Source: Acidobacteriota bacterium (lineage in GTDB: Bacteria > Acidobacteriota > Thermoanaerobaculia > Multivoradales > JAGPDF01). Taken from it: a stretch of 64,000 bases of DNA. The position numbers were made by a program, and so were the translations under genes. The stretch covers positions 15,333 through 79,332 of the forward strand of contig JACTMI010000008.1 of assembly GCA_014584695.1 (NCBI GenBank), given 5' to 3'. This document shows positions 18,701 through 26,436 of the stretch, piece after piece. The notes below the pieces were generated by a model. That model saw only the letters and a list, made by a program, of their open reading frames with translations, ran no database searches and was not told where the DNA came from. Each line of letters opens with the position of its first letter. Within the stretch, counting starts at the first letter, position 1.

Positions 18701-21139
18701 GGTCGAGGTGCCGTCGCCGAAGAAGACGAAGATCCAGTCGTTCGCCGCCGACGCCGTCTGCGCCTCGACCAGCGTGTCGAACGGGTCGAGCGAGCGGCCG
18801 AGGCCGCCGGCCGGGGCGTTGTTGCGGACGTACCAGACCCGTTCGAAGAAGTCGATCGTCACCGTGCCCGTCACGGTCGCGAGACCGTCCGAAACGTCGT
18901 AAGTGAAGCTGTCGGGCGACGTGCGGCCGGGCGGCGACGTGTAGCTGAAGCTGCCGTCGGCGGCGACGATCACGACCGCGCCCGCCGTCGCCGCGGCGAG
19001 CGACGCCGTCAACGCCGCGGGTCCGTCCGGATCGGTGTCGTTGGCGAGCAGGTTGCCGGCGGCGTAGACATAGGGGCCGTCGCCGTCGGGGCCGGGATCG
19101 ACGAGCGCGACCCGCAACCGGGTGTTCGAAATGGTCTGGAACGACTCGCCCGTGACCACCGGCGGGTCGTTGACCGGCGTGACCGTGATCGTCGAGGTCA
19201 CCGGCAGGGAGCCGTCGATCCCATCGCTCGCGAGCCAAGTCACCGTCCGGTCGAGCGCCGATGGGGCATCGGAGTTGTTGAAGTAGGTCACGCCGCGCAG
19301 CGCCGTCTGATAGGCCGCGAGCGTGGCGTTGCCGGTCAGCGTCAGCGTGCCGGTCGCCGGCACGAAAGTCGGCGAGAGTCCCGCGCAGGGGGCACCGCAG
19401 GCCAGGATGTCCTGGCCGTTCTGGTAGTTGCCGCTGATCTGGGCGCTCGCCGAAACGAGTTGCGCGTGGTCGGCGTCGGCGACGGTGATCGTGGTGTCGA
19501 TCGGCGTCGCGGGGTCGTTCTCCGTGTAGGCGAGCGTGGCCCCGGCGGAGAGCACCGGCCGATCGTTGACCGAGACCACCTGCACGGTCGCCGTCGCCGG
19601 CGCGCTGGTCTCGACGCCGTCGCTCGCCCGGAAGGCCACCGTGCGATCGAGGGTCGACGGGTCTTCCGAGGTGTTGTGGTAGCGGACGGCCCGCAGCGCG
19701 GTCTGGTAGTTGGCGACCGTTGAGGTGCCGGAGAGCGTCAACGTGCCGGTGGCGGGCACCCAATTGCCGGTGATGCCGAGCTGGTCGACGAAAGAGAGTA
19801 CGTCCTCGCCGTTCACGTAGTTGGCGGTGATCTGTGCCGTCGCGCCGACGAGCAGCAAGCTGTCGCCGTCGGTGACGGTGAGCGCCGGGTCGATCGCGGT
19901 CGCCGGATCGTTCTCTGTGTAGACGAGGGTACCGCCGGCGATCACCACCGGGGGCAAACGGTCGATGATGACATAAGCGAACGCGGATTGCGGCCCGATC
20001 GGATTGCCCAGGGCGTCGAGCGTCGGATCGCCCGCCGTCGGCACGAGCGTGTAGGAAAAAGCGTCGGTGCCCTGGAATCCCGCGGGCGGCGTGTAGACGA
20101 AATGTCCGTCGGCGCCGACGTCGACGGTTCCGCCCTGCGCGGTCGCGGATCCGCTCACGGCGATGGCCGCCAACGGATTTCCGTCGGCGTCCGAGTCGTT
20201 GGCGAGGAGCGACGCCACCAGGGCGGCGGAGCTGTCGAGAGGCGTCGAGGTCACCGTTCGATACTGGTCGCGGCGCGCGAGCGGCGTCGTCCGCACCGAG
20301 GCCGGGACCAACTGGAGGTTCGGCTCGAGCAGGTCGGCGAGCTCGACGTCCGTCGCCGCGCCGGCGCTGTTGGCGATCGTCACCCGATAGCGGAACGTGT
20401 CTCCGGGCTCGACGCCGGCGGGTGGGAGAGGTCCACCGCCCGCGGCGAGGTCGACCTTGGCGGCCGCGATCGCCGGGGAACCGGTGGCGATCCGGTCGAG
20501 GACCAGCCCCTGCTCCGTGCCGGCGATGCGCAGCTCGATCGCGCCGACGTCGGTCAGGTCGGCCGGGCCGAGAGCGCCGGGCACCGTGACCAGCTCCGCG
20601 AACGAGATGAACAGCGAGGTCGGCGCGCCGATCGCGGGCAACACGCGGCCGGCCCGCGAAGCGTGATCGGCGTCCTGGTGAACGACCACGACCATGTGCG
20701 CTCCCGCGGTGGCTGAAGCGATCGAGAGACGGATCCCGCCGGCGGTGCCGCCATCGGTCAGGTCGACGCCGCCGAGACCGGTCGGATCGAGGGCCAACGG
20801 GTCGTTATCGCCGTCCCAGACGAGGTCGATCTCGCCCCGGGTATCGGGCGTCGTGTCGGTCACCGCGAAGCTCAGCACGCCGCCCGCCACGCCCGCCGAC
20901 ACGGGCCCCACGCCCGCGAGTCTCCGCACCACCAAGTCCCGGCTCGTGCCGAGAATGTCCGCGCCGGCGGTGACGACTGTCGACGCGCCGCCGGGGGGAT
21001 CGGTGAGCGTCGCCTGGTTGGTCGTGAGCTCGTCGATGACGACCTCGGTCCACGCCGGAGTCGCCCATCCGAGCACGGCGAGGCCGACGAGAACGCGCCA
21101 ACCGGTCTTCACCCGGGTGGCGTGAGCGCGGCCGCTCAT
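15791..21139 (-). CDS. Giant secreted exoprotein (1782 aa): signal peptide, several cadherin-like/Ig-like repeats, C-terminal right-handed parallel beta-helix region
   Basis: Signal peptide WRVLVGLAVLGWATPAWTEV. Four repeats of ~100 aa with (L/V)xYTENDPAT..., VSVNDRPV and VTPVNDPPV motifs (cadherin-like). Then many NxxI/VxG/DNxV beta-helix rungs (DNTVTAGSRGIDVT, DNVIHGNTGGSGIEV, NNNFHHAY). The start ATG is coupled (ATGA) to the upstream gene's stop. Confidence 0.8.
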   Translation of the reverse strand: MSGRAHATRVKTGWRVLVGLAVLGWATPAWTEVVIDELTTNQATLTDPPGGASTVVTAGADILGTSRDLVVRRLAGVGPVSAGVAGGVLSFAVTDTTPDTRGEIDLVWDGDNDPLALDPTGLGGVDLTDGGTAGGIRLSIASATAGAHMVVVVHQDADHASRAGRVLPAIGAPTSLFISFAELVTVPGALGPADLTDVGAIELRIAGTEQGLVLDRIATGSPAIAAAKVDLAAGGGPLPPAGVEPGDTFRYRVTIANSAGAATDVELADLLEPNLQLVPASVRTTPLARRDQYRTVTSTPLDSSAALVASLLANDSDADGNPLAAIAVSGSATAQGGTVDVGADGHFVYTPPAGFQGTDAFSYTLVPTAGDPTLDALGNPIGPQSAFAYVIIDRLPPVVIAGGTLVYTENDPATAIDPALTVTDGDSLLLVGATAQITANYVNGEDVLSFVDQLGITGNWVPATGTLTLSGTSTVANYQTALRAVRYHNTSEDPSTLDRTVAFRASDGVETSAPATATVQVVSVNDRPVLSAGATLAYTENDPATPIDTTITVADADHAQLVSASAQISGNYQNGQDILACGAPCAGLSPTFVPATGTLTLTGNATLAAYQTALRGVTYFNNSDAPSALDRTVTWLASDGIDGSLPVTSTITVTPVNDPPVVTGESFQTISNTRLRVALVDPGPDGDGPYVYAAGNLLANDTDPDGPAALTASLAAATAGAVVIVAADGSFSYTSPPGRTSPDSFTYDVSDGLATVTGTVTIDFFERVWYVRNNAPAGGLGRSLDPFDTLVEAQTASAANDWIFVFFGDGTSTGQDAGIALKSGQRLVGEHAGLSIPVGLNGNGSPTVLHSGTPGSRPLVDRSGAGNSAVSATDVIPTEIVGLSLSSVAANGIDLTTNPAFAGSGSLTIGENVVRGSGEEGVDVNHGGTGALTLAIHDNTVTAGSRGIDVTRTGGPLTITRFDDNVIHGNTGGSGIEVAGATFDAVPGLPIQQVAGGVTLIGQSGNGVGTHGLLLTNVLGDLGFTDLDIFNDAGTGLGVTSTGALNAGAGTGFRLVVPAGVATIDSNGGPAVSVNNASVTLPLGFLESTNSTTTGLSLVNAFGGVGATALSVNSGAISDPAGASGDAVVVTGGSGHVTLGIPVTNNNGRAVAISSRTSDTVSFTGAITETGSGILLNSNGAASTTVFAGGLSASTGANPAFTATSGGRLSICDESPCNPGSTGPLVNALSTTTATVLNLSNTTITPDGVTLRSINSAGASGNTAIILANTGSGPFHVTGTGSAGTGGTIDNKTADGMTMNNTDGPVTLRHMIFEDLGNMGGGIDTISGHDAIHGQDVDGGLTLDGVIIRRISDNAIHGATLAGGAATVWNGLTLNNVTFEDSNRFHVAGVGDSNNEGMVRILGIRGPVSVTNSTLQRGGELIDFFVTGGTLTMTATNNNFHHAYKEFTSGPRSSVGGHCIDVTVQGAGNASVTIGDRVNNALDNDFLNCAIGSIRVVGDAGATGNVDVVIGQNEFTVNDHSSGIGGDFDFPQGGVLVGSLGTDTMTWNVVVDGNYFDEIANASGGVGQFTLAMTNGTWNVLVEDNTFDTPGNAPWFLRADSTVSARVMFRNNLGIKGAFCSTDPSSAGGGCNLGAGQLCPGAAGFCGPGLRALADLQNGAVLDLTIINDLFAEHDAGFDPGQTFESRILPTGGGGTLCLDLQNNRAPDGYSLEEFAGDFNLVGSGTCPVGSPSAACATLLGARGNLGGANSPTTSPPFVNVEVGSTIDVVPGACLQPSGPMF

Positions 21140-21948
21140 CGACCGGCCTCCCCCTCGCCCGGGCGACGGCGCAGCCTACGCGCGGCGAGCGCGGCGAGCG
21201 CGAACGCGAGCGCTGCGGCACCGAGCGGCCCGAGCGCTGGAATCGCCTGGAGCGGCGGCGCGCCGCCGGCGGCCCGGATCATCCAGTTGCCGGGCTGGAA
21301 GGAATCGATCAGGCCGAAGTACTGGCCGGGAGCTGGCGTCAGCTGCGGCGGATCTGGCGGATCGCCCGCCCAGATCGCGAGCCACGAGCGGCCCTGCGAC
21401 AGCCCGGTGTCGATCGCCGCCGGGAAGGTCGGGGGAGTCACGCCGCTGGTGATGAAGCGCGGCACCACGCCGACCAGCAGGTCGCTACCGGCCGGTACGA
21501 AGACCGGCGGATCGATCGGATAGACCGACGGTGTCACGCCGTCGAGCGCCTGAATGGCCGCGCCGAGAGTACGCGCGAGAGCCGCGCCGTTGGCCGGGTT
21601 GCCATCCGCGTCGACGTAGATGGCGATCTGGACCGCGTCGCCGACGGCCATCTGAGGATCGGGCAGAAAGAGCACCTCGACCGCGTCGAGGTCGAAGTTG
21701 CCGGGGGGAGAGAATCGGTTGAACCAGAGGAACTGCCGTGCGTTCTGGACCGCGACACCGACCGCGCCTTCGGCGCTGCCGTCGTCGAGCGACAGCACGG
21801 TCGAGCCCACGCCGAGCGTGGTCGGCGCCTCCGCCGAGCGTGCCGCGGGCCGGAAGGTCACGTCGGCACCCGCGGCGGGAAGTGCCCCCAGCGCCAGCAG
21901 CGCGCCGAACAGTACCGCCACCCCAGTCGATCCCGAGTCCTTCTTCAT
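21136..21948 (-). CDS. Secreted protein with PEP-CTERM-like C-terminal sorting signal (270 aa)
   Basis: MKKDSGSTGVAVLFGALLALGALPAAGA signal peptide. The C-terminus ...IPALGPLGAAALAFALAALAARRLRRR is a Pro-rich motif plus a TM helix plus an Arg cluster, typical of exosortase substrates. Confidence 0.6.
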   Translation of the reverse strand: MKKDSGSTGVAVLFGALLALGALPAAGADVTFRPAARSAEAPTTLGVGSTVLSLDDGSAEGAVGVAVQNARQFLWFNRFSPPGNFDLDAVEVLFLPDPQMAVGDAVQIAIYVDADGNPANGAALARTLGAAIQALDGVTPSVYPIDPPVFVPAGSDLLVGVVPRFITSGVTPPTFPAAIDTGLSQGRSWLAIWAGDPPDPPQLTPAPGQYFGLIDSFQPGNWMIRAAGGAPPLQAIPALGPLGAAALAFALAALAARRLRRRPGEGEAGR

Positions 21949-22004
21949 CGCGCGGCGCTCCCCGTCTCCCTGCCGGCCGCCGAGACTCCCAGCCGAACCC
22001 CCGC

Positions 22005-24066
22005 TCACGGCACGCACCCCGAGCAACCACCGTTCCACCGCGAGGTGTCCCCCGTCTCGAACCCGTCGGCGAAGATCGCCCCGCCGGCCGAAAGCCGCGC
22101 GCCGTCGATGCCACCGTCGAAGCTCTGCCCCGACGCGGTGACGAAGGCAAAGCGGCAGGCGGCCGACTGCGATCCGGCCGGCGGCGTGACGGCCCGGCTC
22201 AAGCTCGACCAGAGTCCACCGGTGTCGAACAGAACCAGCGTATCGGCGACCGTCCCGAGCAAGCCCGCGCAGGCGGCGGACGAATAGAACCGACAGCGGC
22301 GCTCGAATCCGATCGGCACTCCCGGCGCGGCGGCGAGGCGGACACGGACGTCCAGCTCGTAAGCCGTGCCGGCAACAACCTCCACGCACTGGCCGAGCCC
22401 GAACAGCGTGTCGACGCCCGGCGCCAAGTTGGTGAGGAACACCGAGCCCGAGTCGTCGGCGTCGTCGGCATCCGCGCTGCTCCAAGTGACCTCCGCCGGC
22501 ACCGCCGCTTCGGGCGTCCAGCCGCCCAGGTCGCAATCGAAGTGACCGTTGGCGAAGTGGTTGTCGGGGTCGCTCCGGAAAGCACGCCGGAAGTCGCCGC
22601 CGGCGTTCGCGTCGCCGTCGCCGTCGAGCGCGTTGCCGGCGAGATCGGTCAGCTCGTCGCACAGGAAGAGCCGGTGCTGGCCTGCGGCGAGCGGCGCGGC
22701 GAGGGAGAGCGTCGCGGTGTCGGTCCCCGTGTCGTAGGTGACACTGGAGATCGACACGGCGACATCGTCCCCCGCGGCGCCGCCGCAGCCGGTGGTGGCG
22801 AAGTCGAAGTCGGGGCCGGCGGCGACGACGAGGTAGTTGGCAGGATTCGTCACGTCCGCGGCGCCCGAATCGCCCGGCGGGTCGGCCATGGGTTCGCTGA
22901 AGACGGCCCGGAAGCCGCCGATCCACGAGGTGACCGTCTCGCACTCGGTGAGCTCGCCGCCCGGGCTCGCGGGCACGGTGTCCACCTCGATCACGGTCGG
23001 CGGTGTACTGTCGAGCGTCACCGTCAAGCAGTCGCTGTTGTCGCCCGGATTCGGATCGGCACCATTGGCGCCGTCGTCGGCGACCGATGCGCAGTTGTCG
23101 ACCTCGGGCACGCCGGGCGGCAGCGGGTCGTCGAGATCGACGGCGAAAACCGCGGCGCCGCCGGCCCCACCCCCAGCGACTCCACCGACCGCGAGCGTGC
23201 AGGTCGAGCCGGCGCTGTTGTCGGGCAGGCAGGCCCAACCGGCCGTCGACGCTCCCGGGTTGAAAGTCGTGTTCGCGGGTACCGTCTCGGTGATCGCGAC
23301 GCCGGTCGCGCCCTGATTGCCGACGTTCGAGTAGTCGAGGTCGAAGGGGATCGTGTCGCCGGGGAAGGGCGTCGGACCGGCGTATCCCTTGGCGAGGGTC
23401 AGATCCGGTTGGGCGACGAGCGGCGTCGTGTCGGTCGAGCTGTTGTTGCCCGGAGTCGGGTCGGCGCCGTTCGTCCCGTCATCGGCGATCGTCGCGGTGT
23501 TCGAGATCTGAGCGACACCGGATTGTCCACCGTGACGGCGAACGTCGCCGCGCCGCCGGCTCCGCCACCCGCGAGCGCGCCGATCGCGAGCGAGCAGGCC
23601 GAGCCGGCGTTGCCGTTCGGCACGCAAACCCAGCCGGCGGTCGATGCGCCGGCGTTGAAGGTCGTGTTCGCCGGCACCGTCTCGCCGAGCACCACGCCGG
23701 TCGCGCCCTGGTTGCCGACGTTGGAGTAGGTCAAGGTGTAAGCGACCGTGGCCCCGGGCACCGTCGAGATGCCGCCGTCGCTCTTGACGATGGTCAGGTC
23801 CGGTTGGGCCCGCCGAGCGCCGGGTCGTCAGTCGGCACATCGGGGTCGTAGTTGGAACCGCTGACGTCCCCCTGGTTGCAGACCTGCGTGGCGCCGGCGA
23901 GGACCGGGTTGGCGACCGTGACCAGCCACTCGATGGTAACGGCGGCGCCGTCCTCGAGCTCGCCCAGGGGAACCGTGATCAACTGCGCCCGGCTCGCCGT
24001 GGCCGCGAGGCCCACCCAGACGAGGGCCCAGCGGAGAATTTGACGACGAATCCCGAACCGGCTCAT
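22005..24066 (-). pseudogene. DUF11 ('conserved repeat domain') surface protein with signal peptide, interrupted by two apparent frameshifts (pseudogene or sequencing/assembly error)
   Basis: Three consecutive ORFs in different frames on the same strand (24066-23794, 23761-23399, 23840-22005) together encode one protein: signal MSRFGIRRQILRWALVWVGLAATASRAQ, then three DUF11 repeats (YSNVGNQGATGV..ETVPANTTFN.GASTAGW.C), then a jelly-roll-like C-terminal domain. Frame breaks lie near 23800 and 23510. Confidence 0.6.
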
Positions 24067-24223
24067 CTGATCGTTTCCGACGCTGCCGCCTGTAAAGGAG
24101 GCTGGAGTCTACTCCCTGTCACTCTGCCTGCCTAGAGACTCGCGGCGATTGGGCTGGCCGGCGTTCCACAACTCCCGGGAGAGCGGCCCTCTCGGAACGA
24201 GTTGGGCTCGATAGACTGACCCT

Positions 24224-25045
24224 GTGCCCCCTTACCTCGCCGCCGTCTGTCAGATGACCTCGACGTCCGACGCCGAGGGCAATCTGGCGCAGGCGGAGGT
24301 GCTGATCCGGCGTGCGGCGGCGCGTGGTGCCGCGCTGGTGGCGACGCCCGAGAACGCCACCTTCCTCGGCCCGCACGGCGAGAAGGTACGACGGGCAGAG
24401 ACGCTGGACGGTCCGGCCTGTCGGGGCTTCTCGGCGCTCGCCGCCGAGCTCGGGATCCACCTGCTGCTCGGCTCGTTCGCCGAGCGTGCCGACGATCCGC
24501 GCCGCGCCGCCAACACGAGCGTGCTCTTCGGCCCCGGCGGCGAGCGGCTGGCCTGCTACCGCAAGCTCCACCTGTTCGACGTCGACGTGCCGGGCGGGGT
24601 CAACTTCCGGGAGTCCGACACCGTGGTGGCCGGCGACCAGGTGGTGACCGTCGCGACGGCGCTCGGTACCCTCGGTCTCTCCATCTGTTACGACCTCCGG
24701 TTCGGTGAGCTTTACCGGGCCCTGGTCGCCCGCGGCGCCGAGCTGCTTCTGATTCCCTCGGCCTTCACCGCGGCGACCGGCAAGGCGCACTGGGAGACGC
24801 TGGTCCGCGCGCGCGCCATCGAGTCGCAGGCGTACGTGATCGCCCCTGGACAGTGGGGCAGTCACGACGACGATGGCCTGCGAGAGAGCCACGGCCAATC
24901 GATGATCGTCGATCCGTGGGGTCAATTGCTCGCCCAGGTGCCCGACGGCACCGGAATCGCTGTCGCCGAAATCGACCTCGACCGGGTGGCGCGGGTCCGC
25001 CGCGCCATCCCTGTCGCCACCCACCGGAGGCCCCTGCCGTGCTGA
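24224..25045 (+). CDS. Carbon-nitrogen hydrolase family protein (nitrilase/omega-amidase-like)
   Basis: 273 aa; LAAVCQMTSTSDAEGNL..., catalytic E/K/C context (LGLSICYDLRFGELYRAL). GTG start. Confidence 0.85.
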   Translation: MPPYLAAVCQMTSTSDAEGNLAQAEVLIRRAAARGAALVATPENATFLGPHGEKVRRAETLDGPACRGFSALAAELGIHLLLGSFAERADDPRRAANTSVLFGPGGERLACYRKLHLFDVDVPGGVNFRESDTVVAGDQVVTVATALGTLGLSICYDLRFGELYRALVARGAELLLIPSAFTAATGKAHWETLVRARAIESQAYVIAPGQWGSHDDDGLRESHGQSMIVDPWGQLLAQVPDGTGIAVAEIDLDRVARVRRAIPVATHRRPLPC

Positions 25046-26436
25046 TCGCCCCGCTGCTAGTCACCCTCGCCCTCGCCCCCCCGCCGCACCTGCCGCACCA
25101 GGTGCCAGCCGATTCCCCAGGAGATGAGCAGGCCGACGCGGTCGCCCAAGTGCCAAGCGCACAGGTGCCAGCCGATTCCCGACGGGAGTCGGCGCCCGCG
25201 ACGATTCCCTCCCCACCCCAGGTCTCCTCGGCCGAGCAGACCTTCCAGCAGGCGCTGGCCGCGGAGCAGTCCGGGGACTGGGCTCGATACCGCGAGCTGG
25301 TCGAGCTGACAGTGGATGGGATGCCCGACCCGACGCGCCTGCTGTATCGGCTTGCCGGGGCCCGCCTGCGCGCCGGGGATCGTGACGGTGCGATCGAGGC
25401 CTTTCGACGGCAGATCGACGCCGGGATCCTGCGCGACCCGCGGCCCGACCCGGTCTTCGCGCCGCTGCTCTCGGATCCCCGATTCGCGACCGAGCTCTCC
25501 CGGTTGGACGCGCTGAGCGAGCCGCTGACCGTGTCTTCCGAGGCCTTCCGCCTGCCCGACGGTGATCTGATCGAGGGCATCGCGTTCGATCAGCAGACCG
25601 GCGCTGTCTACCTCTCGAGCGTGCGCGGCCGGAAGATCCTGCGTCGATCAAAGGAGGGCGCGATCGACACCTTCGTTCCAACCGGTGCGCAGGGCCTGCG
25701 CGGCGCACTCGGTCTCGCGGTCGATCCGGAGCGGCGGCTGCTCTGGGTGGTGTCGGTCGGCCTGCCGCACGCCGCCGAATTGCCGGCCGAGCAGCGAGGC
25801 CGGTCGAGCCTGATCGCGTTCGACTTGGAGTCGGGCGCCGTTCGCTCGCGCGTCGACGCGCCCGCGGGAGAACACCTATGGAACGACCTCGCACTGGCGA
25901 GGGACGGCACGGTCTATGCGAGCGATCCAGTCGGGAAGGCGGTCCACCGGATCCGACCGAACGGCACAGTCGAGACCGTGATCCAGGGCAACGGACTGCG
26001 CTCCCCCGGCGGCCTCGCTCTATCCGGCGGAGAAACGTTGCTCTACGTCGCCGACTGGATCGTCGGCCTGGCGGTGGTCGATCTCGCCAGCGGTGAGATC
26101 GCCTGGATGCCGCCGCCGGCCCGCTCGACCACGCTCGGGATCGACGGCCTGCTCCGCCGCGGAACCTCCCTCTACGCCATCCACAACGGCGTCACGCCGG
26201 CGCGCGTCAGCCGCTTCGATCTCTCTTCCGATGGTCGCGCCCTGGCGCGCGCCGAGACCCTCGAACGGGCGCATCCGCTCTACGACGAGCCGACCCTCGG
26301 CGTCTTGGTCGGCAATCAGCTCTGGTATGTGGCCAACAGCCACTGGCCGCGCTTCGACGACCAGGGTCAACTCCGCCAGGGGGCCACCCTCGAGCCGACC
26401 GTGGTCCTGTCCCTGCCGATCGGAACCTCGCGCTAA
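25039..26436 (+). CDS. Hypothetical secreted protein, possibly beta-propeller (SGL/NHL-like) C-terminal domain
   Basis: GTG start overlapping the upstream stop. N-terminal hydrophobic signal VLIAPLLVTLALA. No confident family assignment. Confidence 0.45.
   Translation: MLIAPLLVTLALAPPPHLPHQVPADSPGDEQADAVAQVPSAQVPADSRRESAPATIPSPPQVSSAEQTFQQALAAEQSGDWARYRELVELTVDGMPDPTRLLYRLAGARLRAGDRDGAIEAFRRQIDAGILRDPRPDPVFAPLLSDPRFATELSRLDALSEPLTVSSEAFRLPDGDLIEGIAFDQQTGAVYLSSVRGRKILRRSKEGAIDTFVPTGAQGLRGALGLAVDPERRLLWVVSVGLPHAAELPAEQRGRSSLIAFDLESGAVRSRVDAPAGEHLWNDLALARDGTVYASDPVGKAVHRIRPNGTVETVIQGNGLRSPGGLALSGGETLLYVADWIVGLAVVDLASGEIAWMPPPARSTTLGIDGLLRRGTSLYAIHNGVTPARVSRFDLSSDGRALARAETLERAHPLYDEPTLGVLVGNQLWYVANSHWPRFDDQGQLRQGATLEPTVVLSLPIGTSR

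Noticed and set aside
15104-19723. 1539-aa plus-strand ORF (and similar long ORFs at 279-2897 +, 6572-9046 -, 4638-6887 5' part, 5402-6883, 16965-17492 -, 21136-23238 5' part, 55520-57900 +, 58816-61299 -)
   Set aside because: These are antisense or out-of-frame shadow ORFs typical of ~70% GC DNA. Their products are low-complexity (R/G/A/P-rich) with no motifs, and each lies opposite or out of frame to a gene with clear family signatures.
14189-21139. Prophage or tailocin remnant
   Set aside because: Tail-collar and beta-helix domains are phage-like, but there are no sheath, tube, baseplate, terminase, portal, integrase or lysis genes in the 10 kb on either side. The flanking genes are bacterial surface and metabolic genes.
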